From: Perna viridis
Taxonomy: Eukaryota
Direction of reading: 5' to 3'
Assembly: GCA_037379345.1 (NCBI GenBank)
Contig: CM074517.1
Location: 5,022,001 to 5,086,000 of the forward strand
DNA length: 64,000 bases
The notes under the pieces were generated by a model that searched no databases, was not told where the DNA came from, and saw only the letters and a list, made by a program, of their open reading frames with translations. Shown piece by piece: positions 34,903-49,200 of this stretch. Position numbers and translations under genes: made by a program. Position 1 is the first letter of the stretch. Every line of letters starts with the position of its first letter.

Positions 34903-37900
34903 ATGGCGACACAACAAATCGACCTCGCTCAGTTGCCTATTGAACAGTTGAATCAACTGACAAAGCAGTTGGACCAGGTTAATACGTATTAACTCTTTTA
35001 ACAATATATTTTCCTCATTGCTAGTGACTACATTTTTCATTCTGTAAATAGACGGACCGAGTTAGATAAAGGCACATGTATACGAGCCTAGTATGACTAC
35101 AGTATCTGAGTTACATTTCTGTATACTCGGCGTCACATAAATAACATACTGTTAAAATTTGAATAAAAATATTTTCTACGACTTTATTGACACCAACCGT
35201 CGTTTAAATTGTCTTAAATGACTTGCTCATTCGTTTAGCCAAACAGCTTCTCAAAAACAAGTCGCTTATTAGCTTAAATCATGCGTAACAAATCCTTACG
35301 GGAAAATCCCATACTAATATCCGCCATGTTGGTTTTTACGGGACGATTTGTTTACAAACGAAGTGCGTAAGTTCCCGTCGAACTCCGGTGACAATCGTCT
35401 GCTTGATCAACTTCTCGGTATTATACGTTGTTCGCGTAAAATAAATCCGAGATATCCGAAATAACGCCGAATTGCATTCTGGGTTCTTCGGTTTTTGGAC
35501 AAACCATTTTAACGTAAACAACATCTCCTAGCAACCCGATCACTGTAAACATGGCCGACTTTTTACAATGTAAATATTGCCACCTAGAATTAAAATCTGA
35601 CCGGAATTTAACGATTCAATGTTTAGGGAGAAGCCGTTTGGCTAAACGAATGAGCAAGTCATTTAAGACAATTTAAACGACGGTAGGTGTCAATAAAGTC
35701 GTAGAAAATATTTTTATTCAAATTTTAACAGTATGTTATTTATGTGACGCCGACTATAGATGGTTTCTTGGGTAAACATTTAAACAAATACGCACCTCAC
35801 ACTAAGTCAGAGTAGCATGTTATCCAACTATAGTATAGCTAATACCACAGTCTGAATATTTTATAAGTAACCAGCTAAATTCATATATCATTTGGAGGGA
35901 GGAGGATTAATCTGGGTTTGTTTGCCATGAACTTTGTTACCGAAAATTAGGTGTATATATCTAAAAACCTCAATTAAATATGTATTTTGTGATATACATA
36001 ATTGCTTCCTACATTATTTAAATTTACATTAAATGAGTTTTTTCATGAAAAAAATCTTTTTATGCATATTACAATACTTTCTAACTTTCTACGAAAGTCT
36101 GACGTTGGAAAGAAGGTGACTTATTTCAATGTACTGTAATGCTGTTCATTCATTTTCAATAAAGAAATCCTGATTTTTGATAAAATAACTCATATCTATT
36201 TTCAGGAATAATCATAAAAAGAATATTTTGTTCATGAAAAACTTTTTTCAAGCTAGTTTAGATAATTTAGTGAGCAATTGTACTGTACACTCAGGGACAT
36301 TTGTTTCTCCAACATTCAAGTCAGAGTTTTAAATCCATGTAGTGTGTCAGTTTGATTTTTTCTAGGTGAAATGTGAATGTTACACCCACCCAACTGGGAC
36401 ATTGTTTATTTTTTGGTTTGAATGTGTTAATAATCCTAAATGCACAGGTCACTTTGCGCTAGAAGACTCACCTGTAATGTTTGTTTTAGCAGACGAAATG
36501 ATGGAAGAGGAAGTCTGCCATGGAGTTGTCTGAAGCGAAAATCAGACAAATATGCCAAAAATTGGGACAAAACAAACATATACATGTATGATTATAAAAT
36601 TTGTCAACAAAAGTATCAATTTACTTGTATGGCTTTTTTCCCATTTGGCCTTGTTACATGTCCTTAGTACATGTATTAATAATCGACTCTTGACTATGTC
36701 CTGAAATAAAGTTGGTTAATAAAAGTATCAATGAATGGCCTTTTCCATATTGGCCCAGTTACATGCCCTTGGTATTAATAATGGCCTCGGGCATGTTACA
36801 GAGCCGATATAGAAAAGGCCATACATTAATACTATAATAATTAATTGAATACCATTTGATGACCAGACACACATCGGAGAAATTGTATTCAATCTGTTCA
36901 TTTAAACTTCTAAAAATAGACAGCTATATGCGAGGTTGGTCCAGGGATTATGAATGTTGGTCAGCATCAATTAAGTTTGAAATTGTTTAACAAAACTTCT
37001 TATTAAAATAAAGGTAAAATTGGCTGTATTTGAAACATACTTTAAAAAAAGATATGTCTCAGAGTTAACTGGAAGCATTTTCAGCGGTCAAAACAAGGTA
37101 GCTGTCTCGTCATCATTTGGACAACATAATGCAACTTATTACTGACAATGTTTGCAGTCCTGATTAAGGGCTTCTTTGCAATTCTTTTGTACACATTGTC
37201 TAGAAGGCTTGGGATATTTAAGTTGTTTTTTTTTTATTTCCGGAAAAGCCATTCAATTATTTAAACTATCATAAACAAAAAGTGTTACCGAACTGTTTTT
37301 ACAAGTCTGTCACTCAAATCAAAATTGTTGGTACAACAATTAATAGGTTCAAAGTGTTTCATTTATAATTATTATAGTAATTATCAATCTAAAGTGCAAA
37401 AATCAAAAGATTACATTACTACTTAATAAAAATACCAAATAATAATCTACATGATTTCTCCCACTTCTTGGACGTAGCTGTAAATAAAAAAATGTTACAT
37501 CAGCATGATAAACATGTACAAAATAAAAAAATAAAATGTACCAAATTTTAAATGACATGAGTAAATTTTGATCCTAACTAGAGTTCTCCAACTTTACTGA
37601 GGATATACACCTGAGAAACAGAAAAAGAATATACATAATTTCTTACAATGAATTCCCCATTATGTCTCATTGAATTTTATGACTATTACAATGTACAAAT
37701 GATCTGTGTTGTCTAGGTAGAATCTGGATGTTAAACACTGACTTTGTTGGTGTAACACTGAGTTTCACTCAGGTTGGACTTGAATGTTAAGAGAACCATT
37801 CCACTCTGAGTGTAGTGTACTACACGAAAGCATATTTTATTGAGGTTTTTGGGATATACATGTATATACCTGGTTTTTGGATAATACCGAGGTTTTTGGT

Positions 37901-40900
37901 TATTCGAGCCACCCTGTTTGTCCTATTACATTTTTTTGCCCAAAGTTCATTGGCTCTCTAAATATATTTATGTCTATCATTTAATTATGTTATCCATTTA
38001 TTGTGATCCAGATTAGCCAAGAATCTCTTAGAAACAAATCTTAGATTTGAGAGTGAATTCCTGTAATGTCAAATAATAAGTAAAAATTAACTTCAGATTT
38101 TTTTGGTCAGCTTATTGTAAACATATATGTACAGTAGTATAAAAATATAACTTTGCTAAAAAAAAATAATGATATAAAATACTGAAGCATTTATAATTCA
38201 TGGCAATGCAGCAGCTGTTCCTTTGAAATTGTGTACACATTTCCAATTTTCTTTATTTCTTTTTCTTAAATTTTATTAACTCTTTCTATGCTGCTCAGTA
38301 AAAACAGTATTTGCCTACTACTGCTGCATTTCACTATTATTATTATGCTCAAATTGTACACCTAATTTCAAGCTTTCTTACGTTTTTTTTTATCTAAAGG
38401 GGAACTGATAACATGGTTCCATCATATATGTCATTGGCATTTCTACATCATTTCTTGCCTGTTCAAATTTCAATATTTCTCAAAGAACAAAATTATTATT
38501 TATGTAATCCCTTGTATTCATTTTTATCGTCATATTCACCAAAATATAATTGGATAAAATCCGTGGCCTCATTGTCGGCCATTTTTATTCACATTTTGTT
38601 GATTTGCTTTATTTTCATTCCTTTATCTGAAATGTTCCGAAAGTGAGTACCTAGACTTTAAATGCAAAGGTGACATTCTGAAAGGTGAAATATTGTGCTC
38701 TACCAAAAGCTTTTTTAGTACTGTATTGGATGAAGTCTCACATTTCAATTTGAATTCCCCCCTCTCTCTATATATATATACGAATATAATTACAGTCAAG
38801 TTATTAACATCATGTTCATGAATGTTCAGATGAAATGATCATTTTGATATGATGGAAGTCAAGTTTCCAGAGTTTCAATGTGAACCTGGCTATTAAAGAT
38901 GACTTTAGGATCAAGTTGCTTGATAGCACCCGAAGAAGAATCATTTTGCAATTTAAATGTTTGCAAATCCAGGGTCTCTTGATTTTAAAGTTTCTGAATG
39001 AAATTCTGATAAATGTAGTAAAATAAATTAATAACTATTTATACTAGACATACTGGATGAGACTATCAGGCTAAGTTAGTCAGCTGATCTGGTGCGTAAT
39101 TGATATCAATGAGTTTGTTAAAATACTTCAGGAGTTCCCATTGAGATTCTCTGAGAAAGTGCTTTTGTGTCAACCATACCTGGTGCTATTTTTTGTTTGT
39201 TTTTGAAAGCCATTTAGTAAATTGCAAGAAAAAATATAGGTCTGGTTACAGTTAAACAAGTATCACGATTACTGTAGTATTCAAATGTATGTAGTCTAAT
39301 CTTTTAAGTGTTAACTAAATATGATCCACTTCATTAATGATTACTTTTCTTTTATAGGAGATAGAGCTATTTACATCTTCGCTGAACCAATTGAAGCATG
39401 CCCAGGGTAAATTTGTTGAATCTCAAGAGAGTTTGAACAAGATATCACCTGACAGTCAGAACAAAGATATACTTGTCCCACTTACTGGATCTGTATCCTT
39501 TATTTAGTTTGTCTTTTTATTTCTTTTTTGAAAAGCTTAGAGGTAATCATGTGTGGTTTGAACAATTTGAGAGTTTTAAAAATTATTTCTACTGTTCCAA
39601 TGTTATTTTCTGTATTTTAAATTTACAGTTCACCAATACTTGCAAAAATTTGTAATGATGCTTTAAGGAGGTAGACCTAGGGTAAGGGAAATAACTCTCT
39701 CAATCAGTGATATGTTTGTATCATATTCAATTTCACCAAAGACTTTCAAGCTTTCCTTTGAAACAGATTGAAATCTGTCCGAGTTACTTTGATGCTTACA
39801 TGAGATTGATGTGAAGTTGTGAATACAAAGGTTACAATGATTTGTAACAGTTGTGTCCCTTACCCTAGGTGTACTTCCTTAAATGATATTATATCATTGA
39901 TGTTTGATTATGTGATTATGTGATCATAAATTACTAGTGAAACAAGTGAATCAAGTAAAATATGTTTTATTAAATGAATTTTTGTGTTTTTTATACATCT
40001 TTTTAATTTTCTTGACCTGATAATAGATTTATGTACCTGGACAACTCAGTGATGTAAACAGTGTTTTAGTAGATATAGGAACTGGATACTATGTAGATAT
40101 GGTTAGTTGTATCATACATATCATGTTAAATTTTTATCAACTTATTTTATTTTGGATGTTCTTTTTCCGTGTTTATATCCTTGCTCCACAGAAAGAGGTA
40201 TACTAACTTACCTTTTTTGTCTGTCACACATTTTTCTTAACAGTTTTCTCTATGACAACCTCTCCTAGTCAGTTGATGTTTTGACACTAGTTTTTTAAAG
40301 GTGTGATAATGATTTCATTCCTTGAGAACAACTGCTTTCAGTTAAATGACTTTATATCATATACTTACTGTAAGTATATGATATAAACTGTTGAAGATAT
40401 AGAAAATTATAAAAATATGGAAATTTTAAGGGAGGTAAATGACATTTTGAATAAACAAACATGTGCAACATGCAATTGTTTACACCTGTTCTTCTACAAA
40501 AATTAGTCCTTTTAACTTGAAAATATTTTTAAAATTAATTGTGCAGTAGAAATTAATTATGAACCAATGATTGGCTGTCCATAAAATTGCTATAGATCCA
40601 ATCAGGATTCATTTTCTACTTGTCAATCATTATATGATAACCCTGGTCAGCTGATTGATCACCAATAATTACCTGAGGTTTACCTGAGGGTTAATTACGA
40701 CAGGATGTAGTTAATGAAGGTGACACTTCTTAATTGGCTTGTGGTAATTTATTAACAAGAGTGGAAATCTTAAAGGGCCATTCAGATAATTGTAAATGGG
40801 CACTAAGGGGGTACCCGATGGGGGCAGAGGGGCATGGACGTGATAGGGCGCGTCACGGCGCCCTTCTATTTTGCCCTAGCTAGGACATATAATACATGTA

Positions 40901-41860
40901 AGTTGGTGTTCAGTGGTCTCACATCTGTGATTTCTTATTCCTATCCAATATCAATAAATATATCTATATACATGTAGAAATTTAAATTCAGCATGAACTT
41001 ATGATAGGATTGATGTTTTTGGTTACTCCTTAATGGCACATATTTTGTGTTATTAAACATTTTTGTTTGTAAGAATATTTACTTTCACAGGATGTAAAGA
41101 AAGGAAAAGAGTATTTTAAAAGGAAAGTAGACTATGTAACAAAACAGATGGAAAAAATACAACCTCTACTCCACGAAAAATACAGGATGAAACAAGGTAA
41201 AGAAAACATACTGAATAACGAATACACCATTCACCATTTGATTAGGATGTTGTGATGTAAAATGAAATGGTTATAATAAGTATATCTTCTGATTTATTAC
41301 ATGTATGCATCTTGATTACTAGCCTCAACTTGCACAATAACTGCTTGAAACCTCTCAGATATTACGTTCACATTTTCTGCATGTGTCTTTATGATTTGAA
41401 GTTCTAGGCTGTCTCCTGTTCTGATTATTTATTTACTATTGTTAATCTTCAGTTGTAGTGTTTACACTACCAGCAAGATATATTTTGAATTTGGAATTAT
41501 TTTGGATTTAAGAAAATAAGTAAAAAATTTATTTGTAAAACTCACATGCTGTCATGACTAAGAGAGGTTAGCAAGTTTTCCATGCTTTTTGTTAACCAAC
41601 TAACCTTACCCCGTAGCCATGCCGGCATGCCTAACCTTCTTAGTAAGTATTAGTTTTTTAAATTATTTTTTTTTGTAATTTTCTAAATTCCAAATTCAAA
41701 TAATACTTTGTTTACCATAGATTTTTTGCTATTTCAGTGTTTCTATTTAACTTACTAATAATCTCTCCATTCTGTTTCAGTTGTGATAGAGATTCTACAG
41801 ATAAAGGTACAGGCGACGTTACAACAGCAACAGGCTGCCGCTGGAGGAGCCAAGTCTTAA
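34903..41860 (+). CDS. PFDN5: Prefoldin subunit 5 (156 aa, 5 coding exons)
   Basis: Exons 34903-34977, 39358-39492, 40027-40101, 41091-41196 and 41781-41860. Protein MATQQIDLAQLPIEQLNQLTKQLDQEIELFTSSLNQLK...[58 protein letters not shown]... carries the alpha-prefoldin signatures VPLT-S-YVPG and VDIGTGYY. Confidence 0.95.
35122..35758. mobile_element. MITE with ~131-bp TIRs, TA-flanked (PFDN5 intron 1)
   Basis: 35122-35252 and 35628-35758 are near-perfect reverse complements; both ends are TATA. Confidence 0.85.
36716..36842. mobile_element. Small palindromic MITE-like element with a partial upstream duplicate (~36611-36690)
   Basis: ATGGCCTTTTCCATATTGGCCCAGTTACATGCCC pairs with GGGCATGTTACAGAGCCGATATAGAAAAGGCCAT. 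Confidence 0.6.
39493..40026 (+). other. U12-type (minor spliceosome) GT-AG intron of PFDN5
   Basis: 5' splice site GTATCCTTT. Branch-like TTTCTTGAC at 40008-40016, about 10 nt before the AG at 40025-40026, with no polypyrimidine tract between them. Confidence 0.88.
39667..39878. mobile_element. Kolobok-like MITE with TTAA TSD inside the U12 intron
   Basis: TTAA|GGAGGTAGACCTAGGGTAAGGGA ... TCCCTTACCCTAGGTGTACTTCC|TTAA; purine-purine termini plus TTAA TSD. Confidence 0.75.
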
Positions 41861-44800
41861 ACTGTAAAGTGACATTATGTACCATCCTACCATTTATACA
41901 ATAATAATTTATCAGTCATTAGTGGTCTTGTTTTTAAGCCTTCTCGGTCTACATCATCAATCAATACAGTGGCCTTGTTTTTGTTTGATTAGAGTTTGGT
42001 TACATTATACAGTGGTTTGATATCATATGTAGCAGTGGTTGATGGAAGATATCGATGCTTGTAAAACTGATAGGCTTACATTAAGGTCTCAATAACCACT
42101 TCCGGGTCAAATGGCAACTCCTATGTAGTACCAAAAACCCACTGGACCTAGATCTACGCATTGTAAGTGCATTATTTGTGTGTATGCTGATCAGAAGTAG
42201 TAAAAATAAAGCTGAGAATGTGTACTTTAAAATCATTTTTGTAATTTACTACAAAAGTATATGAATATTGTTTACATGTGTGAGTAATTTGCTTCCAAGA
42301 TGTCAGTTAGCAGAAAAGGTAAAAATGTGGATTTTCAGTACATGTATTATTTATTCAAGTAAATTTTGTGGAGAATTTCTACCATCATCATAATGATTTT
42401 GAAAGCCTTATTTTCCAAGCTTCACAATGGTATGCAACTTAAATATGTCATTTGTCCAGGGAATTTACAGTGAAACTTTGAAAATTACTTTTTTAATATG
42501 TAAAATAATGGAATCATTTGAAGTGGTTAAGGAGACCAGAGTGGTGTACTTTTCTTCAAGTCATGATGAAGTTTTGGACACTTTCTAACTAAACATGGAA
42601 TTCTGGTACATGTACTCATACATATATTTCTGTCCCTTCAATTTTACATCAGTAATATAATTTTATTGCTACTGAAGTCTCTGTTAAACATAATGTATTA
42701 GAAGGAAACTTGGAACAATAAAAAAAAAATCACACTAACCAATCATTTCCTCAGTTGGAGAAAATGTTAATATTCCAAGGAACCAATTCCACAATTCAAA
42801 GTAAAACTACTTGTACTGAAAGCAAACAAAGTTTTATACTTTTATTCCCTGGTGTGAAATTATGTTGATTCCTCTGAAACTACTGGACAGATTCTTTTGA
42901 TACTGCTACGAAGTGTAGAGGTGCATACTACACTGCCATTCTGTAGGGACTAATTTTTTTTTCAAGGTTTGGGAGTTTAGACTTTTTTCAGCTTGTTTTA
43001 ACAAAAGAAGAGTCCTTTGAACTGATTCTTTTGATACTTTGGTATAATGTATTGATATGAAGTGTAAATGTGCATACTACACTGCCATTTTAATTTGACT
43101 AATGTGGTTGGAGTTTTGGGACTAAGATGTTGTGGATACAACTCCTCTGAAATTTACATTATTTCAGGAATTCCATGCATACTGGTTGACAATTACAATA
43201 AAACACTACATGGAAGATAACAAAGAAAATAACTGTATATTGACTAGAAATAAAAACAATATACGAATGAGGCTTAGAATTGGTGTACAACAGGAGGCTT
43301 GTCACCTTTTTTTTTCCGATTTGTGCTGAATTTGTACATCGTTTTTATTTCTGGTCAATAAGGTTATTTTCTTTATACTGCAATCATTATCATTTTTAAT
43401 CAAGTTTTATTTTTATATGACATGTTTTTTTCATTTCTTCCCTACTTGTGCCCACCCTCATAGTAATGCTACGATAAACAGGTAGTTCATGCAAGGGTAG
43501 GAAAATAGGCGAGGCCTAAGTGTTCTATACTGTTAGTGACCATATATCACAAATAAATATACAGTCAACACATTTTGGTTGCTCAAATAGAACAACTGCA
43601 GTAGAAAAAACTTTTAGTAGCAAAAGAAAATCTGTTACAGTGGGGAAGATATGGCTACACATAGCTATCCTGTTCTTATCTAAAATAACCTAACTCATAA
43701 ATTTATGTTTCTAGAAATAAAATGGACAGTTTTTTTTATATCTACTTTAATATAATCCATCACAGTCAATTTAACGATACACTTACAACAAAGAAGTCAA
43801 ATCACAGACTATATACATAACAGACAGATGGTTCAAGTGAAGACTTGTCAATATCCTACCACTATCCATACAAAATGGTAAATCAATCACGATATGATAA
43901 TCATTCGTTAAATATTTTTACTAGCCATTATCATGTATATACTGTATATATATCAGTGGCGGATCCAAAAAATCACCGAAAAAGGGCCCACAAAAAACCT
44001 TCATTAACACATTTCAATGCATGTGCTTACACACAAACTGAAAGTGAGGGGTTATATTTTAATTGTGTGTAAACCAGTCGTGGTTAAATTCATAGGAAAT
44101 ATCCTTTCAGTCAGTCTGAAATCATTACTGGTTATAATGAAAATATAGCCAAAATTAAGTTATGGGAAGACAATTTCCGAAAATGAATTCATGCCGACAC
44201 TTTTGGGTACGTAGATGGGTAAAGATTAAACCAAGACGATAATTGTTAACTTAGTATTTTAAGCATATCATGAAAATAAACATGTTGCTAAAAGCACTAG
44301 ATATAAAGTGACATAGAGACCTGTAAATCATAACGGGAACAAATTAGGGAGGAATTTATACAATGATACTAAATAAAGAAATAAAAATCTAAAATATAAC
44401 TAAAATCCATCGAACAAATGAAAAAGATTTGTAATAACATATGGTATAAACTAAAGCAAAACATAGGAAACACATTACAATGGGAATTATCAAAACTAAA
44501 GAACTAGAGCATGTATGTAGCTTACTTACAACGTACTGTCAATTCAGAAATTATCCATTAATTAGAGTGATTTTCTACTTACAAGGTACTGTCAATTCAG
44601 AAATTGTCCATTAATTAGAGTGATTTCTTACTTAAAGTAACAAAAATGTTATTTTAGTTTTTGAGAATAATAGAAAAATCATATATTAGTTTTATTAAAT
44701 TTAAATAATAATGTAATTAATTATTGTGATTTTAACTTAGCCATATTTTTAGAAATAATTTCTCAATTTACAGTACTTGTATTAACAGATAAAATATGTA

Positions 44801-46241
44801 GTTCTTTTTGTGTTGAAATATAATTCACTTGTGGACTAAATTTAAGTTTTAACGTAATTGTTCCTGACATCATACAATTTACAGCTGACATTCAGTACAA
44901 ATAAGTCCAACCCATTAGTTACCCACAATATATCATAAATTGAAAAAAAGTACATGTAAGAAGAATGAAAGATGACAAAAATATTACAATGACTTAATAT
45001 GATGACAAAGACTTGAATATTGTTACAATTTCACTGGGGAAAAGCAATACACAAGAACAGAAATAAAATAAAAAATAACATCTATAAACAATGGGTGTGA
45101 CATGACAGTTTTATCCCAACAGAAAATCTCTCAATAGTTACCTCTTACATAGAAATTGGTTCCTTTTACAACTACAACCCAACAGATTGGTACATAGCTA
45201 TTAACAATGTAGTTCCACCAAAATATGCTATTTTTAAATAAAAGCATAAATGTAGACATTTTGAGCTGAAGTAAAGGTGTGATATCAGTTTTAAGGAAAT
45301 TAATAGTAATTTAAACATAATGATTTGTTAGAACTGATTATAAAAACATTGAATAAACACATTCTGTGTGCAATAATGTTCCAGCTCATAGTTCAGTATC
45401 TATACTTGTTTCCAATCAAATCTCTTTTGGGTAGAACTATATTGTTTGATGGCCCCATCTTTTCATGTTTCTGTGAGAAATAAATTTCTCACTTTTGAGA
45501 AAGGATATATATATTTTTAGCCATGGGTGAGACAACATAAGCATACATTTGGACATCACAATAAATGTTTTTCATGACTTGGTGTAAATACAAAGCAATT
45601 TCCACAAGCTGGCATTTCTTATCAACAATAATAGGCACACTAATTAAAAGTGAGAAAAAAATCAAACACAAAAAAATACAAGATTAACAAATCTCAGACA
45701 CCCTCGTTAAGACTACTTGACATATTCCACTTGGATATCTTAGATTTCTCTGTCATGTACTCTCAGCTTTAATGTACCCTAAGAATGGGGTACTGAAAAA
45801 ATAAATTGTAAACTTTTACATCTCAAAATATTTAGATCTGCCAATAGAAAAATTATATGGAAGGACAGATATTCTCTTAAAACAGTATATAGAAGAAAAA
45901 AAAATGGGGAAAAAAATCTGCAAAATATGAAACAATTCAAATTGTACATATATGATTTAACCCCAAAACACAATACTATTCTCAATTTTCAAAAAGCACA
46001 TCACATTAATCAATACACTTATTATCTCTTCAAATCTGATGAAGTATAGACGTGTACAGAGAAAATCACAGACGAAACAGAGTTATCTGTACTTTCAAAA
46101 TACAATCTTTCATCAACTTATGAATTATATTTATTTTCAATAGATATCACATGATCAATAACTTCTGGTCAATAAAACTAGAATCTTTCAATTTTGTGCA
46201 GAAAAAAATCATTTTATCCAAAATCTTTAAGAAAATGCAGT

Positions 46242-49200
46242 TTAATCAAATTCCATAGTTGTATCCTGCTCAGGATTCATATTTCTCTGGTCCAGATGCT
46301 TGTTGACATGGTGTTCAAAATCTTCATCTGTACAGTTGTCAATCATATTATGACAAAGAGGGCAGATCCTTCCAACATGGGCCAGAATGTGTGCCTCAAA
46401 GTTACTCTCAGAAACATCAGCTGAGAATGATGTCGAGCAAACTGGGCAAATTTTCATTCCTTCTCCAGGAGCATCTTCAAACCTAAAAAAGAAAACATTG
46501 ACATGTGGTTTTTTTTCTCCACAAAACATCATTATATGGTGTACATGTAATATGTTTGGGAATGTTAATAAATATCTAACCATTTCTGATCTAGATATTT
46601 AAAAAAAAAGAAGAGAAGACTTATACTGACAAATAAAAAAGAATCCCTAACATCAACAGTTGGTAACCTTCAACTAGCAATGTTAGTTGCTGCAACAATT
46701 TGTTCAAAATAAAATTTCGGGTGATAAACATCTTACAAATGAAGTTGATTAGCGGTTTAAAACTATACAACTACTTAGATCTATGCCATAACTGCTCATA
46801 TTTGATCATTCAAAATGCATTAATTGTGTATTCACAAGTGTTAATCTGTCTCAAGTCTGTATGCAACGTTAATGTCACACTGTTGTAAAAATAACATTAA
46901 GTCCCTGCTTCGTGACAAAGTTGTCTCTTTTTTTTTTAATTTAGTGTATCAGTATCAGGATTCTCCCCAGGATTTTCAGATAGCACTGTATTCAGTGCGT
47001 GACACAACATTAATATGTCTTGTGTCGAAACGCGCCACTTTGTATTTAATGTATTGTATAAAGATTGATCAGTGTATTAAAAATGTACATTTGTACATTG
47101 CTGTTTATGTTTACATGAATTATTTGTAGGTAAATATTTTACCTTTTTCTTCTTTTACAGTAATTATAACTTTAATACCATTTTTTATTTTTCCTTTTTA
47201 TATTAACAGAAAAATTAACGATACTCTATCAAATAATGATAAGTAATTCTTCATAAATATTTCCTCTAATTCATACACACCCAGTGTTCTTCAAAATTTT
47301 CCTGACAACAGACCCATTAAAAATTACAATTTTTCTTTTGTTTTTGCCTCATTTGAATGTGACATTCATTTGATTAAGAGCATTTTCTATTAAACTCTTT
47401 TTCTAGTTTTTGTAACTTTCAATAAATTTATACATTTAGAATATTATCTAATCAGGTACATGTTATAGACTACTCTGGTCTTAATATTCATGTTTCCAAA
47501 AAAATTACAGGAAGTAGTGTGGAGTTGACCTACTTTTACCAGGAAATAAAAACTAAAATCTTATTGTTGTTATTTAAAGTCGGCACACTAGTTGTTTTGC
47601 TTTTAAATATTATGTTTATTCATGTAGTTTATTCATGGAAAAAAACCCATATCATGATTTACAAAGAAAAATCCCTCCAAAAAAAACCTGTTGTACTATT
47701 TTTATATGGGAGATTTTATGATCTATTTCTTAACTAATTTTTCCATCAAAAAACGTGCTCTTGATACACAACATGGCAATGTAAACATTTCCTTTTTCTT
47801 TTCAAGTGTTTTGGAAGTATCTGATGAAATAAATATTGTTTGGGAATTTAATATGTACTTTTATAAGATAAATCAGCTTCTTAATGTTGAAAACATCATC
47901 TGATTGTGAAATTATTCAACGTTGCATTTATAAATAGCCATGTGCTTTTGGCCAAGGTTGAGTGAATTTTTACCATAGTCAGTTTTGATATTAGCATCTG
48001 ATTGACACCTTCATTAAAATTTATTTGTGGCTAGGTGGGGTGACTGATAAAGAATATTGTCGGCAATGTTGTAACTTTTATTGGCTTCAGACACCTGTGC
48101 GGTCACGCGGTGATCAACTGACCATAGCATGTTTACTGCTATCGGTTTCAAGAGCTAATTACCTTGTAGGATGCCGTAAATGACCTCAGGGCACACACGT
48201 TTCCTGCAATAATTGATTCTTAATCCTCAAATTTAACTTAATAGCACAGTACTGATCTCAATAGCGCAGCGCTTTAAGGGCCTGGGGAGAACATTGAGTA
48301 TAAAAACAATAACAATGCACTTATTAAAACAAAATCCAAAAATACACTGATTTGCTTGAATCAATGAAAATTATTTGACTAAGCCTCGTATATTCAAGCC
48401 TTCTAAGCCACACCCTCATACAAATTTTCCATAAAGTCAGTACACAAGACAATCTGCTAGATACCATATTCACTGGCCATAAAATTTTGAAATGTCATAA
48501 ATATTTATTATGACAAATTCGTTTACCTCTCTTCTTTCATGTCCTGTATTGGTTGGGCTGTTGGTACACTGTTTCCTCCTCCTGCAGTCCCTGTTAACAA
48601 ATAATCACTTGATCAAGTTTTGAGAATACAGGTTTAGAACCAGGAAATTAAAAAGCATACAGAGTTTTTTTTTTTTAAATCAAAACCCTTTGAAGTTGAA
48701 TAAGAAATAAGCATCTCATAGCTCTGTGGTTCAGGCCGTACCCCTAATCCTAAACTTCCACTTGTTTGTCAAATAGATTTAACAGAGATTCACTGAGTAA
48801 TACTAAAGTAATTGTACAAAAACCTTATGTCTTCAGACAATGCTGATGACACTAACATCCCATTTGGTTATATGACCAATGAATTTTTGTTTATATATAA
48901 CAGCAAAAAATGAATTCTACTTGAAATTTCTCCTCATACCAGATCACTTGCTTCAGTAGAAATACTTAGAATCATGCCATACATCACCAAATTTTACAAA
49001 TTTGTTACTGGTCCATGCAAATATGGAATAATAGATACTTTTGATTTGATAATGACAATATCAAGTGGAATATTTTGATGTGGGTATGAGTCAAGATATT
49101 CAACACAATATTATCACTCTCCAAATTCCCTTGGGCCAACTACCATACCCAGTAAAAAACCGCCAGTTACAGAAACTAAAACAAGTGTCATAAATGTTAA

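Noticed and set aside
46036-46096. Hammerhead-like core CTGATGA...GAAAC-AGAGTTATCTG-TA
   Set aside because: Stem III and a GUA triplet fit, but stem II lacks a proper closing pair and stem I barely pairs. It is also antisense to the TAX1BP1 3' UTR.
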